A stretch of 64,000 nucleotides of DNA. It comes from a virus (Duplodnaviria; Caudoviricetes). Where the stretch lies: the IMG/VR virus record IMGVR_UViG_3300037067_003527, positions 1 through 64,000 of that record. One strand, 5' to 3'. Positions 1-8,297 of the stretch are shown here, piece after piece. The notes below the pieces were generated by a model. It worked only from the letters and a program-made list of their open reading frames with translations, was not told the origin of the DNA and did not search any database. Position 1 is the first letter of the stretch. Each line of letters starts with the position of its first letter. The position numbers and the translations under genes are program-made.

Positions 1-277
1 CTTCTGATAATTTTTGATATGCTGAAATACCATACGAATTAACTTTATCTTGAAATTTTTCAATAAATGTTTCTGATAATTTTTGATATGCTGAAATATA
101 TTTCCAATCAACGTTATTTTTAAAATTTTCAATGAATTCTTCTGATAACTTTTGATATGCTGAAATATGTTTCCACTCTAATTCATTTTTAGAATCTTGT
201 ATATAAAAATTAAATTTAAAATCTAAATTCAAATTTTTAATTATTGATTTAATTTCATTTTTCAATTTTTTTGTCAT
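1..277 (-). CDS. Tryptophan-repeat family protein, 5' part (runs off window start); paralog of 953..1810
   Basis: Not in the ORF track. Hand translation from ATG 277: MTKKLKNEIKSIIKNLNLDF...ELEWKHISAYQKLSEEFIENFKNNVDWKYISAYQKLSETFIEKFQDKVNSYGISAYQKLSE. ATGA overlap with the stop of 274..543. Confidence 0.85.
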   Translation of the reverse strand, partial: MTKKLKNEIKSIIKNLNLDFKFNFYIQDSKNELEWKHISAYQKLSEEFIENFKNNVDWKYISAYQKLSETFIEKFQDKVNSYGISAYQKLSE

Positions 278-543
278 TTTATAAATCCTTCATTTATATA
301 TTTTATTATATCTTTCATTTTAAAATGACCAAAATCTCTTGGTTCAGTAACAGATTTTTTATTTCCACATACATCACATATACCATCATGATATGTTGCA
401 ACATATGGTTCTTTAACAGTGCTTTCCCAATTAGGTTTAATATCATTAGCACACTTTCTACAGATCCACGTAGGATACTTATATTTTTTCTTAAATACAT
501 TTAATAAATTAGGTAAATTTTTTAAATCATTAATATTCATCAT
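274..543 (-). CDS. Small putative zinc-binding hypothetical protein
   Basis: CRKC...CDVCG Cys pairs; GAGGAG RBS upstream; tightly packed with neighbours. Confidence 0.7.
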   Translation of the reverse strand: MMNINDLKNLPNLLNVFKKKYKYPTWICRKCANDIKPNWESTVKEPYVATYHDGICDVCGNKKSVTEPRDFGHFKMKDIIKYINEGFIK

Positions 544-546
544 ATA

Positions 547-750
547 TTACTCCTCATTATTATAATAACCGTTTTTATATTTATCTATTTCTTTTAATGC
601 ATCTTCATCTTGCTGTTGTATTTTTTTTAATCTATTATTTTTACACCAATCACAATCTCCGTGATTTCTACATGATGAAGATATACGTTTAGAATCATTA
701 TATTGTTTTCTATGTTCTTTTCCATACTCTATAGCCTTATCAAGAGACAT
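547..750 (-). CDS. Small phage hypothetical protein (CRNHGxCxWC motif)
   Basis: EHRKQY...SCRNHGDCDWCKNNR; GGAGG RBS. Confidence 0.7.
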   Translation of the reverse strand: MSLDKAIEYGKEHRKQYNDSKRISSSCRNHGDCDWCKNNRLKKIQQQDEDALKEIDKYKNGYYNNEE

Positions 751-754
751 TGTG

Positions 755-937
755 TTATTCCTCCATCATTAAAAATTTATCATGTAATGATTGTTCTATA
801 ACATGTAATTGATCAATAACATCATTTTTAGATTCTTCAATGGTATTTCCTGATCCAATCATTATATCATTATCAAAGTGATCTTTTACATGTAAAAATA
901 TCTTATTATCTAAATTATATTGCGTTATAATATACAT
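755..937 (-). CDS. Hypothetical protein
   Basis: 60 aa ORF with AGGAG RBS, operon-like packing. Confidence 0.6.
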   Translation of the reverse strand: MYIITQYNLDNKIFLHVKDHFDNDIMIGSGNTIEESKNDVIDQLHVIEQSLHDKFLMMEE

Positions 938-952
938 TTTTTTTTCTCCTTT

Positions 953-1810
953 TTAATTCAAATCAATAATTTCGAATGCTTTACATCTGCATTTATTTGT
1001 ATTTGGTATCCAAATTCCAAAGTCTTCTATTGATACTTTAACTTTGACATTACCTTTAGAAAAAATACCTAAACCAAAACTATTTTTATTATGTTTATTA
1101 AAATCACAATGCCAATCTTCATATCTTCCTATTTTATCATATGATATATTTTTATTCCATACACCTCTATTCCATTTATTATGTTTTCTAAATGCATATA
1201 AATATTCACCATCAAATTTTAAATTGAATTTTTTAGAATATTTTTTTATATCTTTTATCTTATCTTTTCTTGACGGTTCTGTATGTGTTAATGTTTGTAT
1301 TGTAATATTTATTTTATTTTGAAATTTTTCAATAAATGTTTCTGATAAATTTTGGTATTTTGAAATACCATACCAATCAACTTTATCTTGAAATTTTTTA
1401 ATTAATTCTTCTGATAATTTTTGGTATATTGAAATGTAATCCCAATTTACTTTATTTTTAAATTTTTCAATAAATGTTTCTGATAATTTTTGATATGCTG
1501 AAATGTAATCCCAATCAACTTTATTTTGAAATTTTTCAATAAATGTTTCTGATAAATGTTGGTATTTTGAAATACAAATCCAATCAACGTTATTTTTAAA
1601 TTTTTCAATGAATTCTTCTGATAATTTTTGGTATTTTGAAATATCATACCAATCAACTTTATCTTGAAATTTTTCAATGAATTCTTCTGATAACTTTTGA
1701 TACTGTGAAATACAAATCCAATCAACGTTATCTTTAAATTTTTTAATAGAACAATTTAACTCTAGTTCTTTAATAATTCTTTTAATTTCTTTTTTTAATT
1801 CTTTTGTCAT
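953..1810 (-). CDS. Tryptophan-repeat protein: six 23-aa repeats plus a C-terminal globular domain
   Basis: Repeat KFxxxV(D/N)WxxISxYQxLSExFIE x6; C-terminal domain with HCD...SFGLG...KCRC. Confidence 0.85.
   Translation of the reverse strand: MTKELKKEIKRIIKELELNCSIKKFKDNVDWICISQYQKLSEEFIEKFQDKVDWYDISKYQKLSEEFIEKFKNNVDWICISKYQHLSETFIEKFQNKVDWDYISAYQKLSETFIEKFKNKVNWDYISIYQKLSEELIKKFQDKVDWYGISKYQNLSETFIEKFQNKINITIQTLTHTEPSRKDKIKDIKKYSKKFNLKFDGEYLYAFRKHNKWNRGVWNKNISYDKIGRYEDWHCDFNKHNKNSFGLGIFSKGNVKVKVSIEDFGIWIPNTNKCRCKAFEIIDLN
1313..1741 (-). repeat. Coding tandem repeat, 69-bp unit x ~6
   Basis: TTCTGATAA recurs every 69 bp; the same unit occurs at 1-180. Confidence 0.9.
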
Positions 1811-1822
1811 TTTATAATTCCT

Positions 1823-3790
1823 TTAAAACAATTTATTTACATTACCTTCTTGATTATTTTTAGTATCAGTATATATAGTTTTACCAATCATAGATAAAAA
1901 AGTATTTTCTGTTATAATAGAAATACCTAATTCAATTGCTTTTTTATTTTTAGATGTACCTGTAGACGTATCATTAGTAATTAAATAATTCAATTTTTTA
2001 GATACACCTGTTTTATATTCTCCTCCATATTGTTTTATTATATTTATTGCTTCTTCTCTACTATATAATAATAAATCACCCGTTATACAAAATGACATAC
2101 CTTCTAATATATTTGAAATTTTTTCTGCTTTCTTAATAGTAATAAATTTAAAAAGAGATTTAATAATGTTATTATATTGTAATATTTGATTCATAATTAA
2201 CGATGCTGTATTAGGATTAGAATAACATTGTAAATCAACATATGTATTATTTGTTATTATATTATATGTTTCATTTTCTCCATAAAAATCAATCATTTTA
2301 TTAACATTCATATCACCAAACAAATCTAAACCTAACGATATTAAAAAAATTGATAATGTAGTATTAGTTTTTTCTTTTAATTGTTTTAAAAAATCATTAG
2401 ATATTTTTTCACCAAATCCAGGTATAGTATAAATATCTTCTTGTTGTAATTCAAAAATATCTATTATATTTCGAATTCTATCATATTCATATAATAATTC
2501 AACAAATCTTTCCCCTATATTTTCAACACCTAATACTTCCAAAAAATAATATATAGAAGATATTACACGGTCTTTACACTTTAAATTATCACATATAATA
2601 TATGTATCTTCTTTTTTAGTTACATTACCGCAACTAGGACATAGGGTTGGATATGAAATAAAATTATTATTACTTCTACTAATTACTGATGTTATTTTAG
2701 GTATTATATCACCTTTTCTTTCTATAATTACATTATCACCAATAGATAATCCACCTAATACATCTGTAATATAATTATAATTATGTAATGTTGCTTTAGT
2801 TATTATTGCGCCATCTATTTCAACTGGTGTAATAATTGCTTTAGGGTTAATTCTTCCTGTTCTAGTTACATTCCATTCTACATCTTGTAATATCGAAATC
2901 GCTTGTTTAGAAGGAAATTTTAATGCAATTTCTCCTTTAGGTCTATTATTAACAATTCCTTGTTTTTTACGAATGTATAAATCATTAATTTTAATAACAA
3001 GACCATCTATATCATATGATAAATTTATACGTTTATTATCTATATAATTATTATATATTTTTTCAATTTCTTCTATTGTGTTACATATTGTACTTGTAGT
3101 ATACATCATTGAAATACAATATTCATTTAAATTATGTAAATGTTCAATATCAGTTTGATATTGATAGAATAATGTAGAATCATACATTATAAACATTAAT
3201 TCATTACAAAATCTACCCGACGTATTTCTAACGATACCAGAGGTAGCATTACGTAATGTTGTAAACGGTTTATTATTTTCTTTATTTAATATTAAATTTA
3301 TTTTTTCGAATGATTCTTTACAAAGAAATATTTCACCTCTAATAGTAATAGATTCAGTATACCTTATTTCTTTTGCTATATTTTGTATATTAATAATATT
3401 TTTATATACATCTTCTCCTATTTCTCCATTTCCTCTTGTTATTGCTCGAACTAATTTTCCATTTTCATAATCTAAAGAAATAGATATACCGTCAATTTTC
3501 TCTTGTACTATTATTTGATGTGATGAATAATTATCATACCAATCTTTTAATTCTTCTATATTTTTTGCTTTATTTTGACTACCCATAAAAATAGAATGTT
3601 TATGTTTTTTCCATTCTTTTGTACTAGGTATATTTGTTCCTATTTTAACAAATAATTCATGATTGGGATTAATATCATATAATTGTTGTTTTATAGAATC
3701 ATAAACATCATCATCTACAATTGAGGTACCGTTATAATAAGATTCATTATATTGTTGTATTAAATTGATTATTTCTTTTTCAGTCAACAT
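1823..3790 (-). CDS. ligA: NAD-dependent DNA ligase
   Basis: YYNG...DDVYD N-terminus, EKIDG adenylation motif, TRGNGEIGEDV, DGLVIK, ATLHN, Cys zinc finger (CPSC...C...C), HhH region, C-terminal BRCT (FCITG...GG...VSKKLNYLI). Confidence 0.97.
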   Translation of the reverse strand: MLTEKEIINLIQQYNESYYNGTSIVDDDVYDSIKQQLYDINPNHELFVKIGTNIPSTKEWKKHKHSIFMGSQNKAKNIEELKDWYDNYSSHQIIVQEKIDGISISLDYENGKLVRAITRGNGEIGEDVYKNIINIQNIAKEIRYTESITIRGEIFLCKESFEKINLILNKENNKPFTTLRNATSGIVRNTSGRFCNELMFIMYDSTLFYQYQTDIEHLHNLNEYCISMMYTTSTICNTIEEIEKIYNNYIDNKRINLSYDIDGLVIKINDLYIRKKQGIVNNRPKGEIALKFPSKQAISILQDVEWNVTRTGRINPKAIITPVEIDGAIITKATLHNYNYITDVLGGLSIGDNVIIERKGDIIPKITSVISRSNNNFISYPTLCPSCGNVTKKEDTYIICDNLKCKDRVISSIYYFLEVLGVENIGERFVELLYEYDRIRNIIDIFELQQEDIYTIPGFGEKISNDFLKQLKEKTNTTLSIFLISLGLDLFGDMNVNKMIDFYGENETYNIITNNTYVDLQCYSNPNTASLIMNQILQYNNIIKSLFKFITIKKAEKISNILEGMSFCITGDLLLYSREEAINIIKQYGGEYKTGVSKKLNYLITNDTSTGTSKNKKAIELGISIITENTFLSMIGKTIYTDTKNNQEGNVNKLF

Positions 3791-3983
3791 TGTTAACCTT
3801 CCATAGTTTTTTTACATTGATAAATTTATCAATGGATTCTTTTGATGAAAAAATATTATTGTTTAATCTATAATTCATCACATAATTACAATGATGTAAA
3901 CATTCAAGATATACTTTAGATTTACGATACTTTTTCATATATTTAGAATCCTCTTCATTTAAATAATCATCATTTATTCTCAT
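3780..3983 (-). CDS. Hypothetical protein
   Basis: 67 aa ORF, first gene after the leftward promoter. Confidence 0.55.
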   Translation of the reverse strand: MRINDDYLNEEDSKYMKKYRKSKVYLECLHHCNYVMNYRLNNNIFSSKESIDKFINVKKLWKVNNVD

Positions 3984-4012
3984 GTTATTACTCTCATGTT
4001 TTTATACTTATT

Positions 4013-4040
4013 ATTATATATTATATTTTTAAAAAATCAA
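4013..4040 (-). promoter_or_regulatory. Putative sigma70-type promoter driving the leftward operon
   Basis: Minus strand TTGATT-N16-TATAAT in the divergent intergenic gap; same TTGATT -35 as at 30686, 54556 and 58254. Confidence 0.55.
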
Positions 4041-4107
4041 TAGAAAAAGCAACTTTTTTATAAAAAAAATTACATAAATAATATAAAGACTAATTGTAGT
4101 AAAAAAC

Positions 4108-4115
4108 TATAAATA
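4108..4115 (+). promoter_or_regulatory. T4-type late promoter (TATAAATA) upstream of the sheath gene
   Basis: Exact gp55 consensus in an intergenic position; gp55 is encoded at 57728. Confidence 0.7.
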
Positions 4116-4148
4116 ATAGATAATGATTTATTTTTCAGGAGATAATAT

Positions 4149-5810
4149 ATGGCAAATGCTATACCATCAGTTAATATAACAGAAGTAAGTATAAAATCAA
4201 ATGTTGTAAATGAAGCTACAGGTGTTGTAGCATATGTATTAGAATGTGAAAAAGGTAGATTAGATGATTTTATAGATATTGCAACAGATAAAGAATTTAT
4301 AGATACATGTGGTGCTCCAACTACAACAACATTAGCACAACACTATGAAATATGTAAGAGTTTTTTAAGTTATGGTAATCAATTAAAAATAAGAAGAGTT
4401 GTTAATGAAGATACCGCTAAATTAGGACGTATTGGTATTATTGGTGCTAATCAAAGTCAATCAGGTTGGAGTGGTGATGCAATTAATCAAACAGGTAATG
4501 AAATATTTTTTAAAACTTCAGTAGAACATACTGTCGATACTGGATTTGATTTAGAATTTTTTGCACAATCACCATATGATAATATAGATTTACAAATAGC
4601 AATGTGTAAACCAGTTGTATCTAATTGGGCTGCTGATGTTCAAACATATGATGGTACTAATAAATTTTCTGATGTGTTTGAATTTGGTCCAGATTCTTCT
4701 AAAAAAGAAGTTGCTATTATGGTGTTTGATGGTGATGGAAATATATTAGAACAATTTATTGTATCTTTAGAAGAAGGATATAAAAATTCATTTAATGAAA
4801 ATGAATATATTACTGATTATTTAAATGCTAAATCTTCATATATTTGGGGATATGCTGAAACTGGTGCATATGACAACATTGAAACATTTGAACAAATTTC
4901 TCTATTAGATGGTGCAAGAGGTGATTCACCTACTTTATTAGAAGTAACAAATGCATATGCAGAATTTATTAATAAAGATGCTGTTACTTTTGATTATATT
5001 TTAGATGGTATGAATTATTTAAATAGAACTCAAATAATTAATGACATAGTAGAAATAAGAAAAGATTCTGTTGCAATTATAGGTTGTAAATATACAGATA
5101 TTTTCAACGGTACTATACCTATATCAAGCAACACTACTATTAAAGAAAATATTATAACTGATATTTCTGCACTACCATATTCTTCATGGGCTGTATATTA
5201 TGCTAACTGGCATGAAAAATATAACGTTTATTTAGATAAAAGAATATGGGTTCCTATTGTTGGTGATATTGCTGGTAATAAGGTGAATTTAAATACTAAT
5301 GCATATGAATGGACTCCTAATGCTGGAACAAATAATGCTATTTTACGTACAGTGTCTAAAATAGCGTGGAACCCAACAGAGTCGCAACAAAACGATTTAT
5401 ATAAATATGCTGCAAATGTTGTTATAAGTAAACGTGGAAAAGGTATTTGTCCTTGGACACAAAAAACTATGACTAATGAAAATATTGGTGTAAGTAGATG
5501 GAATATAAGAGAATTATTTAGAAAAATTGAAATTAATATTGGAAGTATAGCAGAAGATTATATACACGAATTTAATGATTCAATTTCAAGAAATAATTTT
5601 ATTGCTAGATGTACTCCGATATTAGACGATATGGTACAAAAACGAGGTATAGTAGATTATTTAATTCAAGATTTAACTACTGATAATGATGTAGATAACT
5701 ATACAGCCTTATTTGTATTTTATATAAAAGGAAATAAACCCATTGAAAATATGACATTGAAATTTTATGATACTCCTGTTGGTATCTCTTTCGATGAAGT
5801 TATTGGTTAA
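4149..5810 (+). CDS. Tail sheath protein (T4 gp18-like)
   Basis: P(S)VNITE start, FLSYGNQLKIRRV, GDIAG, WTPNAG, WTQKT, NIRELF, HEFND, RGIVDY: sheath motifs. Confidence 0.93.
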   Translation: MANAIPSVNITEVSIKSNVVNEATGVVAYVLECEKGRLDDFIDIATDKEFIDTCGAPTTTTLAQHYEICKSFLSYGNQLKIRRVVNEDTAKLGRIGIIGANQSQSGWSGDAINQTGNEIFFKTSVEHTVDTGFDLEFFAQSPYDNIDLQIAMCKPVVSNWAADVQTYDGTNKFSDVFEFGPDSSKKEVAIMVFDGDGNILEQFIVSLEEGYKNSFNENEYITDYLNAKSSYIWGYAETGAYDNIETFEQISLLDGARGDSPTLLEVTNAYAEFINKDAVTFDYILDGMNYLNRTQIINDIVEIRKDSVAIIGCKYTDIFNGTIPISSNTTIKENIITDISALPYSSWAVYYANWHEKYNVYLDKRIWVPIVGDIAGNKVNLNTNAYEWTPNAGTNNAILRTVSKIAWNPTESQQNDLYKYAANVVISKRGKGICPWTQKTMTNENIGVSRWNIRELFRKIEINIGSIAEDYIHEFNDSISRNNFIARCTPILDDMVQKRGIVDYLIQDLTTDNDVDNYTALFVFYIKGNKPIENMTLKFYDTPVGISFDEVIG

Positions 5811-5839
5811 GTTATATACATATTATAGGAGAATAATAT

Positions 5840-6367
5840 ATGCCTAATATTGACGATTATAAAGCTAAATTTGGATATGGTAATAGAAAAAACCTATACA
5901 ACATTTTATTTACATTACCTACTATTATAAAAAATATACAAGCTGAAGAACATTTTAACGGCATGGTTCAAGAGGTTGCCATGCCGTGGGCTAGGGAAAT
6001 AGAAACAGAAACTATTAATGTTGCTGGTGATTATTTTAATGTAGCTAAAGATAAAAACGCAGAAGAAGATATTACTGTTAAATTTAGAGATACAGAAAAT
6101 TTAATATTACGTAATATTATAGAATTATGGATAGATGTTATACAACAAGATATAACGGGTGTTCGTACAATACCCGATGAATATAAATCACCATATTTTA
6201 TAGTTGAACAATTAAATCATTTAAAAGAAGTAACAAGACGTGTTCAAATTATAGGAGCCTTTCCTCAAAAAATGGATAGAATAGAATATAATATGTCCGA
6301 AGGTGGAATATCTGAATGTAGTATTGTTATGAAAATTGATGCACATAAAATTTTACCGTTAACATAA
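5840..6367 (+). CDS. Tail tube protein (T4 gp19-like)
   Basis: 175 aa directly after the sheath; RKNLY, FRDTENLILRNIIELW, VEQL, GAFP. Confidence 0.88.
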   Translation: MPNIDDYKAKFGYGNRKNLYNILFTLPTIIKNIQAEEHFNGMVQEVAMPWAREIETETINVAGDYFNVAKDKNAEEDITVKFRDTENLILRNIIELWIDVIQQDITGVRTIPDEYKSPYFIVEQLNHLKEVTRRVQIIGAFPQKMDRIEYNMSEGGISECSIVMKIDAHKILPLT

Positions 6368-6382
6368 AAATAAAAGGAAAGT

Positions 6383-7327
6383 ATGGCGTTATTAAATAAT
6401 ATACAAACAAATGTTGAAAACGCTCTTACTGGAATTCATGATGGTGTTAAAAGTACATCTGTATATAAAGCTGCAGTAAGTATAGCAGGACAATCATTAC
6501 CAGAAGACCATCAATCAACTATTGATAGATTTAAAACTGCATATGGTACTGGATTTAAATCAAATTTATTTTTAGTTAAATTTAATTTTTTAAATACCAG
6601 TACAAAAAGCGTATTATATAAAATAATGAATTCATCTAAAAACATAAAATTATTTGATTTTAATTTAAATTCATTAGGATCACAAAGTGCTATACGTCAT
6701 AGTTATGGTATATGGTATGGTTTATGTACTGGTTTTCAATTACCAGAATTAGGTTTAGAATCATCTGAAGAAATAGATAGATATAAAACAGTTGCTACTA
6801 GAAAAACAAGAGGGTCAATAAACGCTTCTTTTTTAGACGATCAATGGAATAATAATAGAGAATTTTGGAGATTATACATTGATAATATAGAAAATTATGG
6901 TAAAATGATGTATCCTCAAAATTATTATTTTAATGTAGAACTTACTATTATGACACCATATGATAATGTATTAACAAAATATACATTTGTTAATTGTTAC
7001 GCAACTAAAGTACCTGATCAAAATTTATCATATGATAGTAAAACTGAATCTGGATTTTCAATTGATATTAAGTATACTACATATTATAAAACAAATGCAA
7101 CCATAGTTACTACAAATATATTAGGTGTTAAATCTATACCAGAAGAATTAGCAAAAGTTGGTTTATTAATTGGCGAAAGAGTTATTAATAATTTTATATC
7201 ACCATATTTGAGTAAACTAATTCAAGATGATATTAAAGAAAAAATTAATAATAAACTTGGAATGCAAGCATTAACATTAGCAGATAATAAAGAAGTTGAA
7301 GAATTTATAGCGTCAAGAAAAATATAA
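6383..7327 (+). CDS. Tail tube initiator / second tube paralog (gp54-like)
   Basis: Tube-fold motifs (KSNLFLV, FLDDQ, YPQNY, YTFVNCY) and synteny. Confidence 0.65.
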   Translation: MALLNNIQTNVENALTGIHDGVKSTSVYKAAVSIAGQSLPEDHQSTIDRFKTAYGTGFKSNLFLVKFNFLNTSTKSVLYKIMNSSKNIKLFDFNLNSLGSQSAIRHSYGIWYGLCTGFQLPELGLESSEEIDRYKTVATRKTRGSINASFLDDQWNNNREFWRLYIDNIENYGKMMYPQNYYFNVELTIMTPYDNVLTKYTFVNCYATKVPDQNLSYDSKTESGFSIDIKYTTYYKTNATIVTTNILGVKSIPEELAKVGLLIGERVINNFISPYLSKLIQDDIKEKINNKLGMQALTLADNKEVEEFIASRKI

Positions 7328-7330
7328 ATA
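7323..7330 (+). promoter_or_regulatory. T4-type late promoter
   Basis: TATAAATA(ATA) immediately upstream of the RBS of 7358. Confidence 0.6.
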
Positions 7331-7357
7331 ATAGGTAATATTTTTAAGGAGTTTATA

Positions 7358-8074
7358 ATGTCAAATTTACCTCAATTACAACATAAATATCATATCACAT
7401 ATTTAGCGGATACAAACGCTGAAATTAGATTTAGACCTTTTACTGTTGGTCAACAAAAACAAATTATGTTGATAAAAAATGAAAAGAAAAAAGATGTTGA
7501 TGTATATAAAGCTATTATACAGATGATACAAGATTGTATACAAGGTAAAATTGTTATTGAAGAGTTATATCCAGCGGTATTTGAAAAATTATATTATGAC
7601 ATAAAAACAATATCAAATGGTAATAAGGTTGAATTTAAATGTAAATGTCCTCATTGTAAAGAAGAACATGAATACATTATAGACACTCAAAAAGATTTAA
7701 TTATAAATAATCCAAAATATGAATTATTAGTTGACATATCAAAAGAAGAACAGATAAAAGCAAAATTTATACATGTAAATATTAAAAATTTAATGACAAT
7801 TGAAAATAAGAAATATAAATCTGATGAGTATAAAACTCTTGATACTATAGCATATTGTTTACATGCGGTGTATGTTAAAGATAAAGTAATTACAGAATTT
7901 ACACATGAAGAAGCAGTTGAATTTATAGATAATATTGAAGAAGGTACATTTAAAACAATTGCAAATTTCTTTGCAAGTATGCCAGCTTTATCAACAACAA
8001 AAGAATTTGAATGTGAATCATGCAAAAAGAAATTTACATTAACAGAAGAAGAGGTACGAGGTTTTTTATCCTAA
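7358..8074 (+). CDS. Baseplate hub assembly protein (T4 gp26/gp51 family); probable tail-assembly chaperone, short form
   Basis: LP...IRFRPFTVGQQK, SNG, CPHC and CESC zinc-ribbon pairs, FFASMP. Confidence 0.85.
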   Translation: MSNLPQLQHKYHITYLADTNAEIRFRPFTVGQQKQIMLIKNEKKKDVDVYKAIIQMIQDCIQGKIVIEELYPAVFEKLYYDIKTISNGNKVEFKCKCPHCKEEHEYIIDTQKDLIINNPKYELLVDISKEEQIKAKFIHVNIKNLMTIENKKYKSDEYKTLDTIAYCLHAVYVKDKVITEFTHEEAVEFIDNIEEGTFKTIANFFASMPALSTTKEFECESCKKKFTLTEEEVRGFLS

Positions 8075-8126
8075 CTGCATCCGGTTTTGACTTTGAAACA
8101 TACTATCAAATTGAATATCGGATGCA
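8062..8126 (+). promoter_or_regulatory. Predicted programmed -1 ribosomal frameshift signal (slippery heptamer plus stem-loop)
   Basis: In-frame T_TTT_TTA at 8062-8068, 7-nt spacer, then stem 8076-8096 pairing with 8106-8126 (TGCATCCG/CGGATGCA base, 18 of 21 pairs including one G-U). Confidence 0.8.
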
Positions 8127-8286
8127 TAAAGATATTGGTTATTCTATAGATGAGTTTGAAAATATGATACCATACGAAGTAATAATTCGTTTAGGATTAC
8201 ATAAAGAACGAGTTGAACAAGAAGAACAAATACAATCTCAATATAGAAAAGAAATTGATAGAGCAATGAGTAAAGTTAAAATATAA
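8068..8286 (+). CDS. gp51-like small hub-assembly ORF; probably the -1 frame extension of 7358..8074
   Basis: YYQIEYRM...YSIDEFENMIPYE motif; -1 frame relative to the upstream gene; the track start ATG 8020 has no RBS. Confidence 0.75.
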   Translation: MLTASGFDFETYYQIEYRMHKDIGYSIDEFENMIPYEVIIRLGLHKERVEQEEQIQSQYRKEIDRAMSKVKI

Positions 8287-8297
8287 GGCTGTTATAA

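Noticed and set aside
1447-1725. Alternate-frame ORF within the Trp-repeat gene (also 315..500 and 32141..32383)
   Set aside because: Same-strand off-frame ORFs nested in better-supported genes; the first stays open because the DNA is repetitive.
1-1741. 69-bp repeats as a CRISPR array
   Set aside because: The units are contiguous, in-frame coding repeats with no unique spacers, and there are no cas genes.
8020-8067. Independent start of the gp51-like ORF at ATG 8020
   Set aside because: No RBS, a 55-nt overlap with the upstream gene, and the leader reads like off-frame sequence. The frameshift explains it better.
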